Shown: positions 14,868 through 24,193 of the stretch, piece by piece
Position numbering within the stretch: the first letter of the stretch is position 1
How the letters are laid out: the number at the start of each line of letters is the position of its first letter
Source of the DNA: an uncultured Actinomycetota bacterium
GTDB taxonomy: Bacteria > Actinomycetota > Actinomycetes > Actinomycetales > CAWJMD01
Length of the DNA stretch: 64,000 nucleotides
NCBI GenBank assembly: GCA_963715595.1
Contig: OY970255.1
Coordinates: forward strand, 2,450,842-2,514,841
Reading direction: 5' to 3'
The notes under the pieces: generated by a model
What the model was told of the DNA's origin: nothing
Databases searched by the model: none
What the model saw: the letters and a program-made list of their open reading frames with translations, nothing else
Position numbers and translations under genes: made by a program

Positions 14868-17800
14868 GACCGCCACCCCGCGGGGTCGAGCTGCTCGCCC
14901 TCGGGCTGGGCCGGGCAGGAGGTGCGCACCGGGCACCGGTCGCAGTCGCTGCTCACCCGCGCCTCGAAGGCGGCGCCGGCCATGCCGTCGGCGGCGCGCG
15001 CCACCATCGTCCGCGCCCACCCCGGGTCGGACGCCTGGGACGTGGGGGGCTGGGTCTGCACCCGCACCGCCCGGGCGCCGTGGCCGACGTGCACGAGCGC
15101 GGCACCCCCGGCCTCGCGGTCACCGAAGGCGCCCTCCTCGACGGCCACCTGGTAGGCGCCGAGCTGGGGGTTGGCCTCGATCCGGTCGTTCGGGGGCGGG
15201 TACTTCGTGGTCTTCAGGTCGACCACGACCAGCCGTCCGTCGTCGTCGGTCTCGAGCCGGTCGACGCGGCCGGTGAGCACCGCGCGGCCCACCTGCACGC
15301 GCAGGTCGAGCTCGGACCCGACCAGCGCGCCGGCCCGGTCGTGCAGGTACCCCGCCAGCAGCGCGACCATGCCGCGGGCGCGGTCGGCCTCCTTGCGGCC
15401 CACCCACCCCTGGAGGCCGAGCGCCGGCCAGCGCCGCTCGAGCTCGGCGACCAGCCGCTCGCGCAGCGGCTCGGTGCCGACCTCGCCGGCGGTGGCGCCC
15501 AGCTCGTGCGCCAGGTCGTGCAGCAGCGACCCGACGCCGGCGGCGGTACCGGTGGCGCCGTCGCGCCCGCCACCGGTCTCGAGCAGCCAGCGCAGCGGGC
15601 AGCCCTCGAACTTCTCGATCGCCGACGGCGACACGGTGACGGGGGCGGCGTCGGGCAGCAGCGCGCCGTCGTCGGACACCCCCTCGCACCCGTACCAGGA
15701 CCCCGGGTCGGCACCGGGCACGCCCTCGTCGGCGAGCCGGGCGAGCAGCGCGGCCAGCTCGTCGACCAGCGCGTCATCACCGTCCGAGACCGCCTGCAGC
15801 AGGCGGGATCTCAGGTCGGCGACGACCGCACGCAGGGTCGTCGTGCGCTGCACCCGCTGCACCGGCCGCTCGTCGACGCCGTCGGGCAGGGGGTCGACCA
15901 GGTCGAGGAAGGGCGAGGGCACGTCGTCGGCGTCGCGCACGGCCGTGACGACCAGCCGCTCGCTCGCGCGGGTGAGCGCCACGTGGAGCATGCGCAGCTC
16001 GTCGTGCAGCACCGCCAGCCGCGCCGAGCGGATGCGGGCCTCGCGCTCGAGGTGCACGCCGGCGACGGCGTCGACGAGATCGGGCGCCCCGAGCAGCGAC
16101 CCGCGCAGTCGCGTGTTGGGCCAGACGCCGTCCTGCACGTCGGCGACCACGACCACCCGCCACTGCCGGCCGGCGGCCGACTGCGGGGTGAGGACGGCGA
16201 CGGCGTCGTGCTGCGGGGCCCGCTCGGCGAGGGTGTCGGCCGGCACGTCCTGCTGGTCGAGGGTGTCGAGGAACGCGGCGGCGCCGGCGCCCGGCAGCCG
16301 CTCGGTGAAGCGGGTGGCGGCCTCGAACAGGGCCACGACGGCGTCGAGGTCGCGGTCGGCGCGCCGGCCGCGGCGCCCGCCCGCGAGCGCGTCGGACCGC
16401 CAGCGCTCCCCCAGCCCGGACGCCGACCACAGCGCCCACAGCAGCCGCTCGGCCGACGGACCGGCGGCGCCCGTCGCCGCGGCGACCTCGCGGCGTCCGG
16501 CCGCCAGCACCGCGGCCACCCGCTGCAGCGCGTCGTCACCGCCCCGCGCCGACGGCACCGCCTCGACGGGGTCGAGCAGCGCCTCGACGACGACGGCGTC
16601 GCTGGCGCGGGTGCCCCCCGCGGCCCGCTCGCGGGCCAGCAGGCCCTGGCGCAGCCGGCGCACCTCGAGCGCGTCGGCGCCGCCGAGCGGGGACGAGAGC
16701 AGGTCGGCCGCCGCGGCGGCGTCGAGGTGCTCGGGGTGCAGGCACACCTGCGCCGCGAGCAGCAGCGGCCGCACCGCGGGCTCGTCGCGCACCGGCGCCT
16801 CGGCCGCGGCCGTGCCGACCGGCACCCCCGCCGCCGCGAGCGCGCGTCGCAGCGTGGTGGTGCGGGCGGCGCTGCGCACCACGACCGCGAGCTCGCCCCA
16901 CGGCACGTCGTCGGCCACGTGGGCGCGCCGCAGCACGCCCGCGACGTGCGCGGCCTGGGCGTGCTGGGAGCCCAGCACGACCACCTCGACGGCATCGCGC
17001 CGCCGGCCGGGCTCGGCGCCGCGCCGGCCGCCGACCGAGCCGCCCGCGCCGCCGATGGCCGCGGCCACGCGCCGCGACACCTCGGTGACGGCCGGCCCGC
17101 TGCGCCAGCGGGTGGGCAGCACCACGAGCGGGGCCTCGCCGCCGTCGGCGGTGCGGTGCCGCGAGGACGCCGCGGCGACCGCGCCGGGGTCGGCGCCGCG
17201 GAAGCCGCCGGTGGTGGCGTCGGGGTCGCCGGTGACGAGCAGGTCGGCGCCGCGCCCGCACAGCTGCTCGAGCAGCCGCGAGGTCGCCTCGACCGACTCG
17301 TGGTGGTCGTCGACCGCGACCAGGCGCCAGCGCTCGCGCTCGGCCGCGAGCAGCTCGCGGTCCTCGCGCAGCAGCGACACGGCCTCGTCGACGATGCCGG
17401 CGGGGTCGAACGCGCTCGGCGAGCGCAGCGCGGTGACGTCGAGGTACTCGCCGAGCAGCGTGGCCGCCGCCTCCCACTCGGGCCGGCCGTGCCGGCGGGC
17501 CAGCTCGACCAGGCCGTCGGGCCCGAGACCGCGCTCCATCGCCCGCATCAGCAGCTCGCGCAGCTCGGCCCGCAGGCCGCTGAGGGCCAGCGCCGGACGC
17601 ACCGCCGGCGGCCAGACCGGCGGCGTGCCCTCGCCCGCGACGTGCCCCTCGAGCAGGTCGCGCAGCACGGTGTCCTGCTCGGGGCCCGAGATCAGGCGCG
17701 GGCTCGGGTCACCCGCGCGCACCGCCGAGCGGCGGATCAGGCCGAACGCGTACGACGCGGGCGTGCGGGCCAGCGGCTCGCCGACGGCGACCGGCCCCAG

Positions 17801-18091
17801 CCCCGCCAGGCGCGACGAGACGCGCTGCCGCAGAGCGGCAGCCGCGACGCGGCTGGGGGCGAGCACCAGGACGGACGAGGGGTCGAGCCCGTCGCGGTGC
17901 ACGCGCGCGGCCACCGCCTCGACGAGCGTGGTGGTCTTGCCGGTGCCGGGGGCGCCCACCACCACCACGGGACCGCTGCCGGCGCGCCGGTCGACGACCT
18001 GCGCCTGCACGGGGTCGAGCTCGGGGACCTCGGCGCCGGTGGCCGGGCGACGCACCAGCCGCAGGGCGCTGGCGTGGTCGGTCCGTGGCAC
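14864..18091 (-). CDS. adnA: Helicase-nuclease AdnA (UvrD-like motor + RecB-like nuclease with a C-terminal Cys cluster)
   Basis: Motifs seen are VVVVGAPGTGKTTTLVEAV, the RecB-like GRVDRLE...VVVDLKTT...QLGAYQVAV, and the terminal CDRCPVRTSC. It is the upstream partner of adnB, as in the mycobacterial adnA-adnB operon. Confidence 0.8.
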   Translation of the reverse strand: MPRTDHASALRLVRRPATGAEVPELDPVQAQVVDRRAGSGPVVVVGAPGTGKTTTLVEAVAARVHRDGLDPSSVLVLAPSRVAAAALRQRVSSRLAGLGPVAVGEPLARTPASYAFGLIRRSAVRAGDPSPRLISGPEQDTVLRDLLEGHVAGEGTPPVWPPAVRPALALSGLRAELRELLMRAMERGLGPDGLVELARRHGRPEWEAAATLLGEYLDVTALRSPSAFDPAGIVDEAVSLLREDRELLAAERERWRLVAVDDHHESVEATSRLLEQLCGRGADLLVTGDPDATTGGFRGADPGAVAAASSRHRTADGGEAPLVVLPTRWRSGPAVTEVSRRVAAAIGGAGGSVGGRRGAEPGRRRDAVEVVVLGSQHAQAAHVAGVLRRAHVADDVPWGELAVVVRSAARTTTLRRALAAAGVPVGTAAAEAPVRDEPAVRPLLLAAQVCLHPEHLDAAAAADLLSSPLGGADALEVRRLRQGLLARERAAGGTRASDAVVVEALLDPVEAVPSARGGDDALQRVAAVLAAGRREVAAATGAAGPSAERLLWALWSASGLGERWRSDALAGGRRGRRADRDLDAVVALFEAATRFTERLPGAGAAAFLDTLDQQDVPADTLAERAPQHDAVAVLTPQSAAGRQWRVVVVADVQDGVWPNTRLRGSLLGAPDLVDAVAGVHLEREARIRSARLAVLHDELRMLHVALTRASERLVVTAVRDADDVPSPFLDLVDPLPDGVDERPVQRVQRTTTLRAVVADLRSRLLQAVSDGDDALVDELAALLARLADEGVPGADPGSWYGCEGVSDDGALLPDAAPVTVSPSAIEKFEGCPLRWLLETGGGRDGATGTAAGVGSLLHDLAHELGATAGEVGTEPLRERLVAELERRWPALGLQGWVGRKEADRARGMVALLAGYLHDRAGALVGSELDLRVQVGRAVLTGRVDRLETDDDGRLVVVDLKTTKYPPPNDRIEANPQLGAYQVAVEEGAFGDREAGGAALVHVGHGARAVRVQTQPPTSQASDPGWARTMVARAADGMAGAAFEARVSSDCDRCPVRTSCPAQPEGEQLDPAGWRS

Positions 18092-18139
18092 CCGTCGATC
18101 CCACCACAGCGCCCCGACAACCGGTTCCGGGTGTGGTGC

Positions 18140-18442
18140 CTAGGGCCGCCAGCGCGCCCGGGCGAGGTCGACCCGCTCGCCCGCCGGGTGCAGCGGCGTC
18201 CGCTCGCGGCGGTACTCGCGCAGCGCCTGCCGCTCGTGCCCGACCGGCGGCAGGCCGCCGGCCCGCAGCACCCGCCACCACGGCACCCCCGACCCGTACC
18301 GGGCCATCACCGACCCCACCCCGCGCGGGCCGCCGCGGCCGACCAGCTCGGCGACGTCGCCGTAGGTGAGCACCCGGCCGGGCGGGATGCGCGCGACGAC
18401 GTCGAGCACGTCCTCGGCCAGCTCGGACGGCACGCCCCTCAC
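18140..18442 (-). CDS. MGMT-family DNA-binding protein (alkyltransferase-like, no obvious PCHR active site)
   Basis: The sequence is ..VARIPPGRVLTYGDVAELVG..PRGVGSVMA....VPWWRVLRAGG.., an O6-alkylguanine transferase DNA-binding domain of 100 aa. Confidence 0.7.
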   Translation of the reverse strand: MRGVPSELAEDVLDVVARIPPGRVLTYGDVAELVGRGGPRGVGSVMARYGSGVPWWRVLRAGGLPPVGHERQALREYRRERTPLHPAGERVDLARARWRP

Positions 18443-18449
18443 GGGCGGC

Positions 18450-19256
18450 TCACGGGTAGGGCCAGGCGTTGCGGGCGCAGCCCTGCAGGCCCAGGGTCTG
18501 CTGCAGCATCACCGGCGCCACCGCCCCGGTGCCGGGGCAGCCGACGTGACCCTTGCCGAGGTAGTGCCCCACCTCGTGGTTGACCAGGTAGGAGCGGTAG
18601 GCCGTGAGGTCGTCGGCGTAGTCGGCCGTGCCGCCCACCCAGCGGAAGTGGGTGAGCGCGACCACGCCGCCGTTGCGGCACGAGACCTTGCCGTAGGTGG
18701 TGAGCGGGCGGCACAGCCGCTCGGTCATCGCCGGGCTGCCCAGCACCACCTGCACGTCGGCGGCAGCGGCGTCGCCGGTGCGGCCGAACGCGTAGCCCTC
18801 GTTGCCCCAGCCGCGCGGGTCGTTCAGGGTCGCCAGCACGAACGCCGCGAACGCCGCCCCGTCGACGGGCACCCCGCCCTCGACGGCGACCGCCACCGTC
18901 ACCGGCCGCTCGCCCGCGGGCGCCGGGACCTCGCCCGGGACGAACACCTGCGTGCCGTCGCCGCTGTCGGGCACCTCGCGCGAGAGCACGCCCGCGAGCG
19001 CGTCGGGGTCGGACGCGGGGGGCTGCGCGGGGGGCTCGGTCGTGGGCTCGGTCGTGGGCGCCGGGGCGGCCGGGGTGGCGCCGTCGCCCAGCACGGCGTC
19101 GCCGAGCAGGCCCTCGCCCTGCAGGATCGCCGAGGTGGTGGCGTCCGGCGACGACGCGGCGGGCGCCGGGGCGTCCTGGTCGGCGCAGCCCGCGAGCAGG
19201 GCGCCGAGCGCCGCCAGCACGCCGGCCGCGACCCGGCGGGAGAGGACGGTGCGCAC
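18450..19256 (-). CDS. DUF3152-type lipoprotein with an HExxH metalloprotease-like motif
   Basis: A lipobox is present (LGALLAGC). The C-terminus reads ..LNDPRGWGNEGYAFGRTG...YLVNHEVGHYLGKGH... The gene is divergent from the TetR gene, as in Mycobacterium. Confidence 0.7.
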   Translation of the reverse strand: MRTVLSRRVAAGVLAALGALLAGCADQDAPAPAASSPDATTSAILQGEGLLGDAVLGDGATPAAPAPTTEPTTEPPAQPPASDPDALAGVLSREVPDSGDGTQVFVPGEVPAPAGERPVTVAVAVEGGVPVDGAAFAAFVLATLNDPRGWGNEGYAFGRTGDAAAADVQVVLGSPAMTERLCRPLTTYGKVSCRNGGVVALTHFRWVGGTADYADDLTAYRSYLVNHEVGHYLGKGHVGCPGTGAVAPVMLQQTLGLQGCARNAWPYP

Positions 19257-19313
19257 GTCCCGAGGATGTCACGCGGTACCCGTCGGTAGGCTGAGGCGAC
19301 CCCGAGGAGGACC

Positions 19314-19967
19314 ATGACCACCCAGGACACGCGCTCGCGCGGCGCCCGGCTGCCCCGCAGCGCCCGGCGCGCGCAGCTGCTCGTCGCGGCGCAGGAGGTC
19401 TTCGTCGAGAACGGCTACCACTCGGCCGCCATGGACGACATCGCCGAGCGCGCGGGCGTGAGCAAGCCGGTGCTCTACCAGCACTTCCCCGGCAAGCTCG
19501 AGCTCTACCTCGCGATCCTCGACATGCACAACGCCGAGCTGGTCGCCAGCGTCGGCGCCGCGATGCGGGCGCACCCCGAGAACAAGGACCGCGTGGCCGC
19601 GGCCATCTCGGCCTACTACGAGTTCGTCGACCGCGACGACGCCGCCTTCCGGCTGGTGTTCGAGTCCGACCTCACCAACGACCCGCTGGTCAAGGACCGC
19701 GTCGACCTGGTCGAGCGCACCGTCTCCCAGACGATCGCCGACATCATCACCGAGGACGTCGGGCTCGACCGCGCCCGCGCCGAGCTGCTCGGCGTGGCCC
19801 TGGCCGGCATGGCGCAGGTCAGCGCCCGGGCCTGGCTCCAGGCCGAGCGCCCCGTCCCGCGCGAGCAGGCGGCGGCGCTGATCTCCCAGCTGGCCTGGCG
19901 CGGCATCGGCGCCTTCCCCCTGACGGGTTCGCCCACGGCGGAGGCCGCGGGGGAACAGCCGGGCTGA
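19314..19967 (+). CDS. TetR/AcrR family transcriptional regulator
   Basis: An AGGAGGACC RBS precedes the ATG. The HTH is RRAQLLVAAQEVFVENGYHSAAMDDIAERAGVSKPVLYQHFPGKLELY. Confidence 0.85.
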   Translation: MTTQDTRSRGARLPRSARRAQLLVAAQEVFVENGYHSAAMDDIAERAGVSKPVLYQHFPGKLELYLAILDMHNAELVASVGAAMRAHPENKDRVAAAISAYYEFVDRDDAAFRLVFESDLTNDPLVKDRVDLVERTVSQTIADIITEDVGLDRARAELLGVALAGMAQVSARAWLQAERPVPREQAAALISQLAWRGIGAFPLTGSPTAEAAGEQPG

Positions 19968-20038
19968 CGCCCGTCGTTGGCCCGGGCAGGTCCGGCACGA
20001 ACCGAGAGCACGAACCGAGGCACGACGAAGGAGCAGGC

Positions 20039-20263
20039 GTGGAGGTCAAGATCGGGGTCCAGCACGTGACCCGTGAGCTGGTGATCGAGTCGGTGCAGTC
20101 GCCCGAGGAGGTCAAGAAGGCCGTGGCCGACGCGCTCGCGGGCGGCTCGACCACCCTCGAGCTGGTCGACGACAAGGGCCGGGTGCTGGTGGTCCCCACC
20201 GCCAACCTCGCCTACGTCGAGATCGGCGCCGAGGAGTCGCGCCGGGTCGGCTTCGGCACCTGA
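20039..20263 (+). CDS. DUF3107 family protein (TB9.4-like)
   Basis: The sequence is VEVKIGVQHVTRELVIESVQSPEEVKKAVADALAGGSTTLELVDDKGRVLVVPTANLAYVEIG. An AAGGAG RBS is present. Its position after the TetR gene is conserved. Confidence 0.75.
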   Translation: MEVKIGVQHVTRELVIESVQSPEEVKKAVADALAGGSTTLELVDDKGRVLVVPTANLAYVEIGAEESRRVGFGT

Positions 20264-20270
20264 GCGACCC

Positions 20271-20306
20271 GACCGCCGTCCGCGTCCCGGGATGCGGACG
20301 GCGGTC
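20271..20306 (+). terminator. Perfect 13-bp GC hairpin after the DUF3107 gene
   Basis: The arms gaccgccgtccgc and gcggacggcggtc flank a 10-nt loop, starting 8 nt after the stop. There is no clear U-tract. Confidence 0.4.
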
Positions 20307-20398
20307 CACGGTGGGAGCGTTCTCGGGCACCGGGGCCCCCACGTGGGTGCGGCCCCTGCCTGACTGGGGGCCCCGAGCCCCCGGAGAGGAAGTACACG

Positions 20399-20680
20399 AT
20401 GGGCACCATCATCGGCACGATCATCTTCGGAGCGGTCATCGGAGCGCTCGCGCGCCTGGTCCTGCCCGGCAAGCAGAACATCAGCATCCTCATGACCGTC
20501 GTCCTCGGCGTCGTCGGCGCGCTGGTCGGCTACTTCGTCTGGGGCCTGATCTCCGGCGACGGCTTCATGGGTGGCGACACCGGCGGCATCGACTGGATCC
20601 GCCTGATCATCTCGGTCGTCGTGGCCGCGGTCCTCGTGGGCGCGTACGCCGGCACGTCCGGCCGCCGCTCGGTGCGCTGA
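20399..20680 (+). CDS. GlsB/YeaQ/YmgE family stress-response membrane protein
   Basis: The 93-aa ORF reads MGTIIGTIIFGAVIGALARLVLPGKQNISILMTVVLGVVGALVGYFVW.. and has three predicted TM helices. Confidence 0.8.
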   Translation: MGTIIGTIIFGAVIGALARLVLPGKQNISILMTVVLGVVGALVGYFVWGLISGDGFMGGDTGGIDWIRLIISVVVAAVLVGAYAGTSGRRSVR

Positions 20681-20712
20681 CCGCACCACCTCGCACGACG
20701 CACCACCCGCAC

Positions 20713-20754
20713 GACGCGGAGGCCGCAGCCCACCCGGGCTGCGGCCTCCGTCGC
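20713..20754. terminator. Bidirectional GC hairpin between convergent genes
   Basis: The arms ggaggccgcagcc and ggctgcggcctcc form a 13-bp perfect core with a 6-nt loop. It lies between stops at 20680 (+) and 20771 (-). Confidence 0.45.
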
Positions 20755-20770
20755 GTCCCGGCGGCGAAGG

Positions 20771-21196
20771 TCAGTCCTCGGTCGTCCCGCGCAGCCGCTT
20801 GGTCTCGCCCCGCTCGCGCTTGCCGCGCAGCCGCCGCTCGACCGAGCCGCGGGTGGGACGGGTCGCCCGCCGCGCCGGCGGCGGGGGCGCGAGCAGCTCG
20901 CGCAGCCGGGCGGCCAGCCGGTCGCGGGCCGCGACCCGGTTGCGTCGCTGCGCCCGGTGCTCGGACGCCGCCACGACCAGCACCGGGTCGGGCGAGCGCC
21001 GCAGCGCCCGCGCCCGCTGCACCTCGGTGAGGCCGGACGCGGTGCGCAGGTCGAGCTCGAGCTCGACCCGGCTGTCGGCGGTGTTCACGCCCTGCCCACC
21101 GGGTCCGGACGAGCGGGAGAACCGCTCGACCAGGTCGCCCGCGGGCACCACGAGGCCGTCCGGGAGCCCCGGGCCGGAGGGCACGACGAGGTCCAT
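20771..21196 (-). CDS. arfB: Alternative ribosome-rescue factor ArfB (peptidyl-tRNA hydrolase, GGQ)
   Basis: The sequence is [49 protein letters not shown]... with a basic C-terminal tail. Its ATG overlaps the upstream gene's stop (ATGA). Confidence 0.8.
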   Translation of the reverse strand: MDLVVPSGPGLPDGLVVPAGDLVERFSRSSGPGGQGVNTADSRVELELDLRTASGLTEVQRARALRRSPDPVLVVAASEHRAQRRNRVAARDRLAARLRELLAPPPPARRATRPTRGSVERRLRGKRERGETKRLRGTTED

Positions 21197-21870
21197 CAGG
21201 ACGCGAGCCCGAGCCGCCCCATCCGGGCGGTGTGGCCCTCGGTGATGCGGCTGAACATGCGTCCGATCTCGAGCAGGTCGACACCGCCGGCGCCCTCGCC
21301 GCTGACCAGCAGGTCGGCCAGCGAGTCGCGGTCGGCCGCCACCCGCTGGGCCTGGCTGAGCGCCTCGCCGACCAGGCGGCGCGCCCACAGGGCGAGCCGG
21401 CCGGCCACGCGCGGGTCGCGCTCGACGGCGGCGTGCACGGCGCGCACGACGAAGTCGGCGTGCCCGGTGTCCTCGAGCACCTGGTGCACGAGGTCGCGCG
21501 TCGCGGGGTCGACGAACGCCGCGACCTCGCGGTGGAAGTCGCTGGAGATGCCCTCGCCGACGTAGGCCTTGACCAGGCCCTCGAGCCAGTCGCTCGGACG
21601 GGTGCGCGCGTGGAAGTCGTCGACCGCGTCGGTGAACGGCGCCATCGCCTGCTCGGGGTCGGCGCCGAGGCTCTTCAGGTGCGCGACGAGGGTCTCGAAG
21701 TGCGCGAACTCGGTGACGGCGATGCGGCCGAGCCGGGCCTTGTCGCGCACGGTGGGCGCCATCTGGGCGTCCTCGGAGACCCGGACGAACGCGGTCAGGG
21801 CGCCGTAGGCGAGCACCCCCAGCAGGTCGACCACCGACTGCGCGGCCGGTGCCGCGGGCTGCTCGCTCAC
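21196..21870 (-). CDS. Ferritin-like (MiaE-like di-iron fold) domain protein
   Basis: The 224-aa ORF reads ..LLGVLAYGALTAFVRVSEDAQMAP...EFAHFETLVAHL...GLVKAYVGEGISSDFHREVA... It neighbours the DEAD-box helicase gene, as in Mycobacterium. Confidence 0.65.
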   Translation of the reverse strand: MSEQPAAPAAQSVVDLLGVLAYGALTAFVRVSEDAQMAPTVRDKARLGRIAVTEFAHFETLVAHLKSLGADPEQAMAPFTDAVDDFHARTRPSDWLEGLVKAYVGEGISSDFHREVAAFVDPATRDLVHQVLEDTGHADFVVRAVHAAVERDPRVAGRLALWARRLVGEALSQAQRVAADRDSLADLLVSGEGAGGVDLLEIGRMFSRITEGHTARMGRLGLAS

Positions 21871-22025
21871 CTCGCGAACACTAGCCCGGCTACACTGGAC
21901 CCGTTCAACGGTTGACCGGTCGTGGGAAGCGTCCGGCTACCGACCGCTGCGGAGCGGCCCGCCTCGACCCCGGCTGGACCGGGACGAGTGTGCGTGAGGC
22001 CCCGCCAGATGCCGACGAGGTATGC

Positions 22026-23771
22026 GTGACCCTCTCTGACCCCACCCTGTCCTCCCTCGAGCCCACCGCCGAGGAGATCGCCGCGGCGACCGACGCGATC
22101 GAGACGATCGACGTCGCCGACGTGGAGCCGATCGCCCCCGACAAGACCTTCGCCGACTTCGGCGTCTCGGCCGAGATCGCCGACGCGCTCGCCGAGGTGG
22201 GCATCGTCCACCCGTTCCCGATCCAGGCGATGACGCTCCCGGTCGCTCTGCAGGCGCACGACATCATCGGCCAGGCCAAGACGGGCACCGGCAAGACCCT
22301 CGGCTTCGGCATCCCCGCCCTGATGGCCGTCCGCGGCCCGGGCGAGCCCGGCTGGGACGACCTGGCCGAGCCCGGCCGACCGCAGGCCCTGGTCGTCGTC
22401 CCCACCCGCGAGCTGGCCGTGCAGGTGGCGTCCGACCTCGACCGCGCCAGCGCCAAGCGCACCGCCCGGGTCCTGACCGTGTACGGCGGCCGCGCCTACG
22501 AGCCGCAGGTCGACGCGCTGACCAAGGGCGTCGAGGTCGTCGTCGGCACCCCCGGCCGCCTGCTCGACCTGGCCCAGCAGGGCCACCTCCAGCTCGGCCA
22601 CGCCCGCACCGTCGTGCTCGACGAGGCCGACGAGATGCTCGACCTCGGGTTCCTGCCCGACGTCGAGCGGCTGCTGTCGATGACCCCGGCCGGCCGCCAC
22701 ACCATGCTGTTCTCGGCCACCATGCCGGGCGCCGTCGTGGCCCTGGCCCGCCGGTACATGAGCCAGCCCACCCACATCCGGGCGTCCGAGCCCGACGACG
22801 CCGGTGCGATCGTCAAGGCGATCACCCAGCACGTCTACCGCGCCCACGCGATGGACAAGGTCGAGGTGCTGGCGCGCATCCTGCAGGCCGAGGGCCGCGG
22901 GCTGTCGATCGTGTTCACCCGCACCAAGCGCACCGCCGCCAAGGTCGCCGACGATCTGATGGACCGCGGCTTCGCCGCCGGCGCCATCCACGGCGACCTC
23001 GGCCAGGGCGCCCGCGAGCAGGCGCTGCGCGCCTTCCGCAACGGCAAGGTCGACGTGCTCGTCGCCACCGACGTCGCCGCCCGCGGCATCGACGTCGACG
23101 ACGTCACCCACGTCGTGAACTACCAGTGCCCCGAGGACGAGAAGATCTACGTCCACCGCATCGGCCGCACCGGTCGCGCGGGCAAGAAGGGCGTGGCCGT
23201 CACCTTCGTCGACTGGGACGACGTGCCGCGGTGGGGCCTGATCAGCAAGGCCCACGACCTCGGCAAGGCCGACCCGGTCGAGACGTACTCGACCTCGCCG
23301 CACCTGTACACCGACCTGTCGATCCCCGAGGGCACCACCGGGCGGCTGCCGCGCAGCAAGCGCACCCGCGCCGGCCTCGACGCCGAGGTGCTCGAGGACC
23401 TCGGCGAGACCGGCGGCAAGGGCCGCGACGGCGGGCGTGGTCGTGACAGCGGTCGCGACGGCGGACGCGGCCGCGACGGTGGACGCGGCCGCGACGGTGG
23501 TCGCTCCTCCGAGAGCCGCCCGTCCGAGAGCCGCCCGTCCGAGGGCGAGCGTCCGCGTCGCGACCGCGAGCGGCGCCGCACCCGCGGCGGCGAGACGGCG
23601 CACGAGGGCTCGGCCCCTGCCACCACGGCGCCGTCCGCCGGCACCACGCCCGGCGAGGCCCCCGCCGACGCCTCGGGCGACGCGCCGCGCCGTCGGCGCC
23701 GTCGCCGCCGCGGCGGCTCCGGTGGCGGCGCGGGCGGCGACTCCGCCCCCGCCGCGTCCGAGCAGGGCTGA
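22026..23771 (+). CDS. rhlE: DEAD-box ATP-dependent RNA helicase with an RG/SE-rich repetitive C-terminal tail
   Basis: Motifs seen are the Q-motif FADFGVS..PFPIQ, AKTGTGKT, PTRELA, DEAD, SAT, VFTRTKR and HRIGRTGRAG. I chose the start at GTG 22026, 5 nt after GAGG. Confidence 0.9.
   Translation: MTLSDPTLSSLEPTAEEIAAATDAIETIDVADVEPIAPDKTFADFGVSAEIADALAEVGIVHPFPIQAMTLPVALQAHDIIGQAKTGTGKTLGFGIPALMAVRGPGEPGWDDLAEPGRPQALVVVPTRELAVQVASDLDRASAKRTARVLTVYGGRAYEPQVDALTKGVEVVVGTPGRLLDLAQQGHLQLGHARTVVLDEADEMLDLGFLPDVERLLSMTPAGRHTMLFSATMPGAVVALARRYMSQPTHIRASEPDDAGAIVKAITQHVYRAHAMDKVEVLARILQAEGRGLSIVFTRTKRTAAKVADDLMDRGFAAGAIHGDLGQGAREQALRAFRNGKVDVLVATDVAARGIDVDDVTHVVNYQCPEDEKIYVHRIGRTGRAGKKGVAVTFVDWDDVPRWGLISKAHDLGKADPVETYSTSPHLYTDLSIPEGTTGRLPRSKRTRAGLDAEVLEDLGETGGKGRDGGRGRDSGRDGGRGRDGGRGRDGGRSSESRPSESRPSEGERPRRDRERRRTRGGETAHEGSAPATTAPSAGTTPGEAPADASGDAPRRRRRRRRGGSGGGAGGDSAPAASEQG
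23421..23540 (+). repeat. In-frame tandem repeats within the helicase tail
   Basis: The 18-nt unit ggacgcggccgcgacggt occurs twice (23463..23498). The 15-nt unit tccgagagccgcccg occurs twice (23508..23537). Degenerate GRDGGRGRD units surround them. Confidence 0.8.
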
Positions 23772-23775
23772 TCCT

Positions 23776-23798
23776 CTCGGGGGCGGTCAGCCCCCGAG
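23776..23798. terminator. 9-bp GC hairpin between the convergent helicase and TfoX-like genes
   Basis: The arms ctcgggggc and gcccccgag flank the loop ggtca. The hairpin overlaps the TfoX-like stop. Confidence 0.3.
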
Positions 23799-24116
23799 CG
23801 CCTCGACCCGGTCGAGGCCGACCTGCAGCCACCGGCGCAGGCCGGCCTCGTCGTCGACCGCACCCGCGCCCACGTGCAGCCAGCCCGTGGCCGGCCGACC
23901 GTGCATCAGCTGCTGCTCGACGTGGGGCTCGCGCAGGTGCCGCTCGGCGTCGTCGGGGTCGCAGCGCAGCATCAGCGCGCCCTCTCCGGAGACGGCCACG
24001 GCCATCTGGCCGCCGACCAGGAACGCCAGCCCGCCGAACATCGGCGTCTCGCGCACGTCGTCGCGGGCGCCGAGCAGGTCGCGCACCCGGACGGCGAGAT
24101 CCTCGTCGTAGGCCAC
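23787..24116 (-). CDS. TfoX/Sxy N-terminal-domain protein
   Basis: The sequence is VAYDEDLAVRVRDLLGARDDVRETPMFGGLAFLVGGQMAVAVSGEGALMLRCDPDD... The listed ORF was trimmed to GTG 24116. Confidence 0.65.
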   Translation of the reverse strand: MAYDEDLAVRVRDLLGARDDVRETPMFGGLAFLVGGQMAVAVSGEGALMLRCDPDDAERHLREPHVEQQLMHGRPATGWLHVGAGAVDDEAGLRRWLQVGLDRVEALGG

Positions 24117-24193
24117 CGTCCCACGGTGGCCTGCCGCACGAGCTGCGGCAAGCACCGTCCGCGAGGTGTCGCCCTTCGCTACCCTCGGCGACC

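Noticed and set aside
14819-18583. Very long ORFs antisense to or overlapping real genes, for example 14819..18583 (+, 1254 aa), 1405..3174 (+), 5570..7360 (+), 43399..46431 (+), 61558..63984 (-), and 29087..31960 beyond 29599
   Set aside because: These are typical high-GC shadow ORFs. Their translations are Arg/Pro/Gly/Ala-rich with no motifs, and each overlaps a strand or frame encoding a clearly conserved protein.
19257-19313. TetR operator palindrome in the TetR/DUF3152 divergent intergenic region
   Set aside because: I saw only a GGTACC hexamer and a loose GGTAcc/GGTAgg repeat, with no convincing inverted repeat of operator length.
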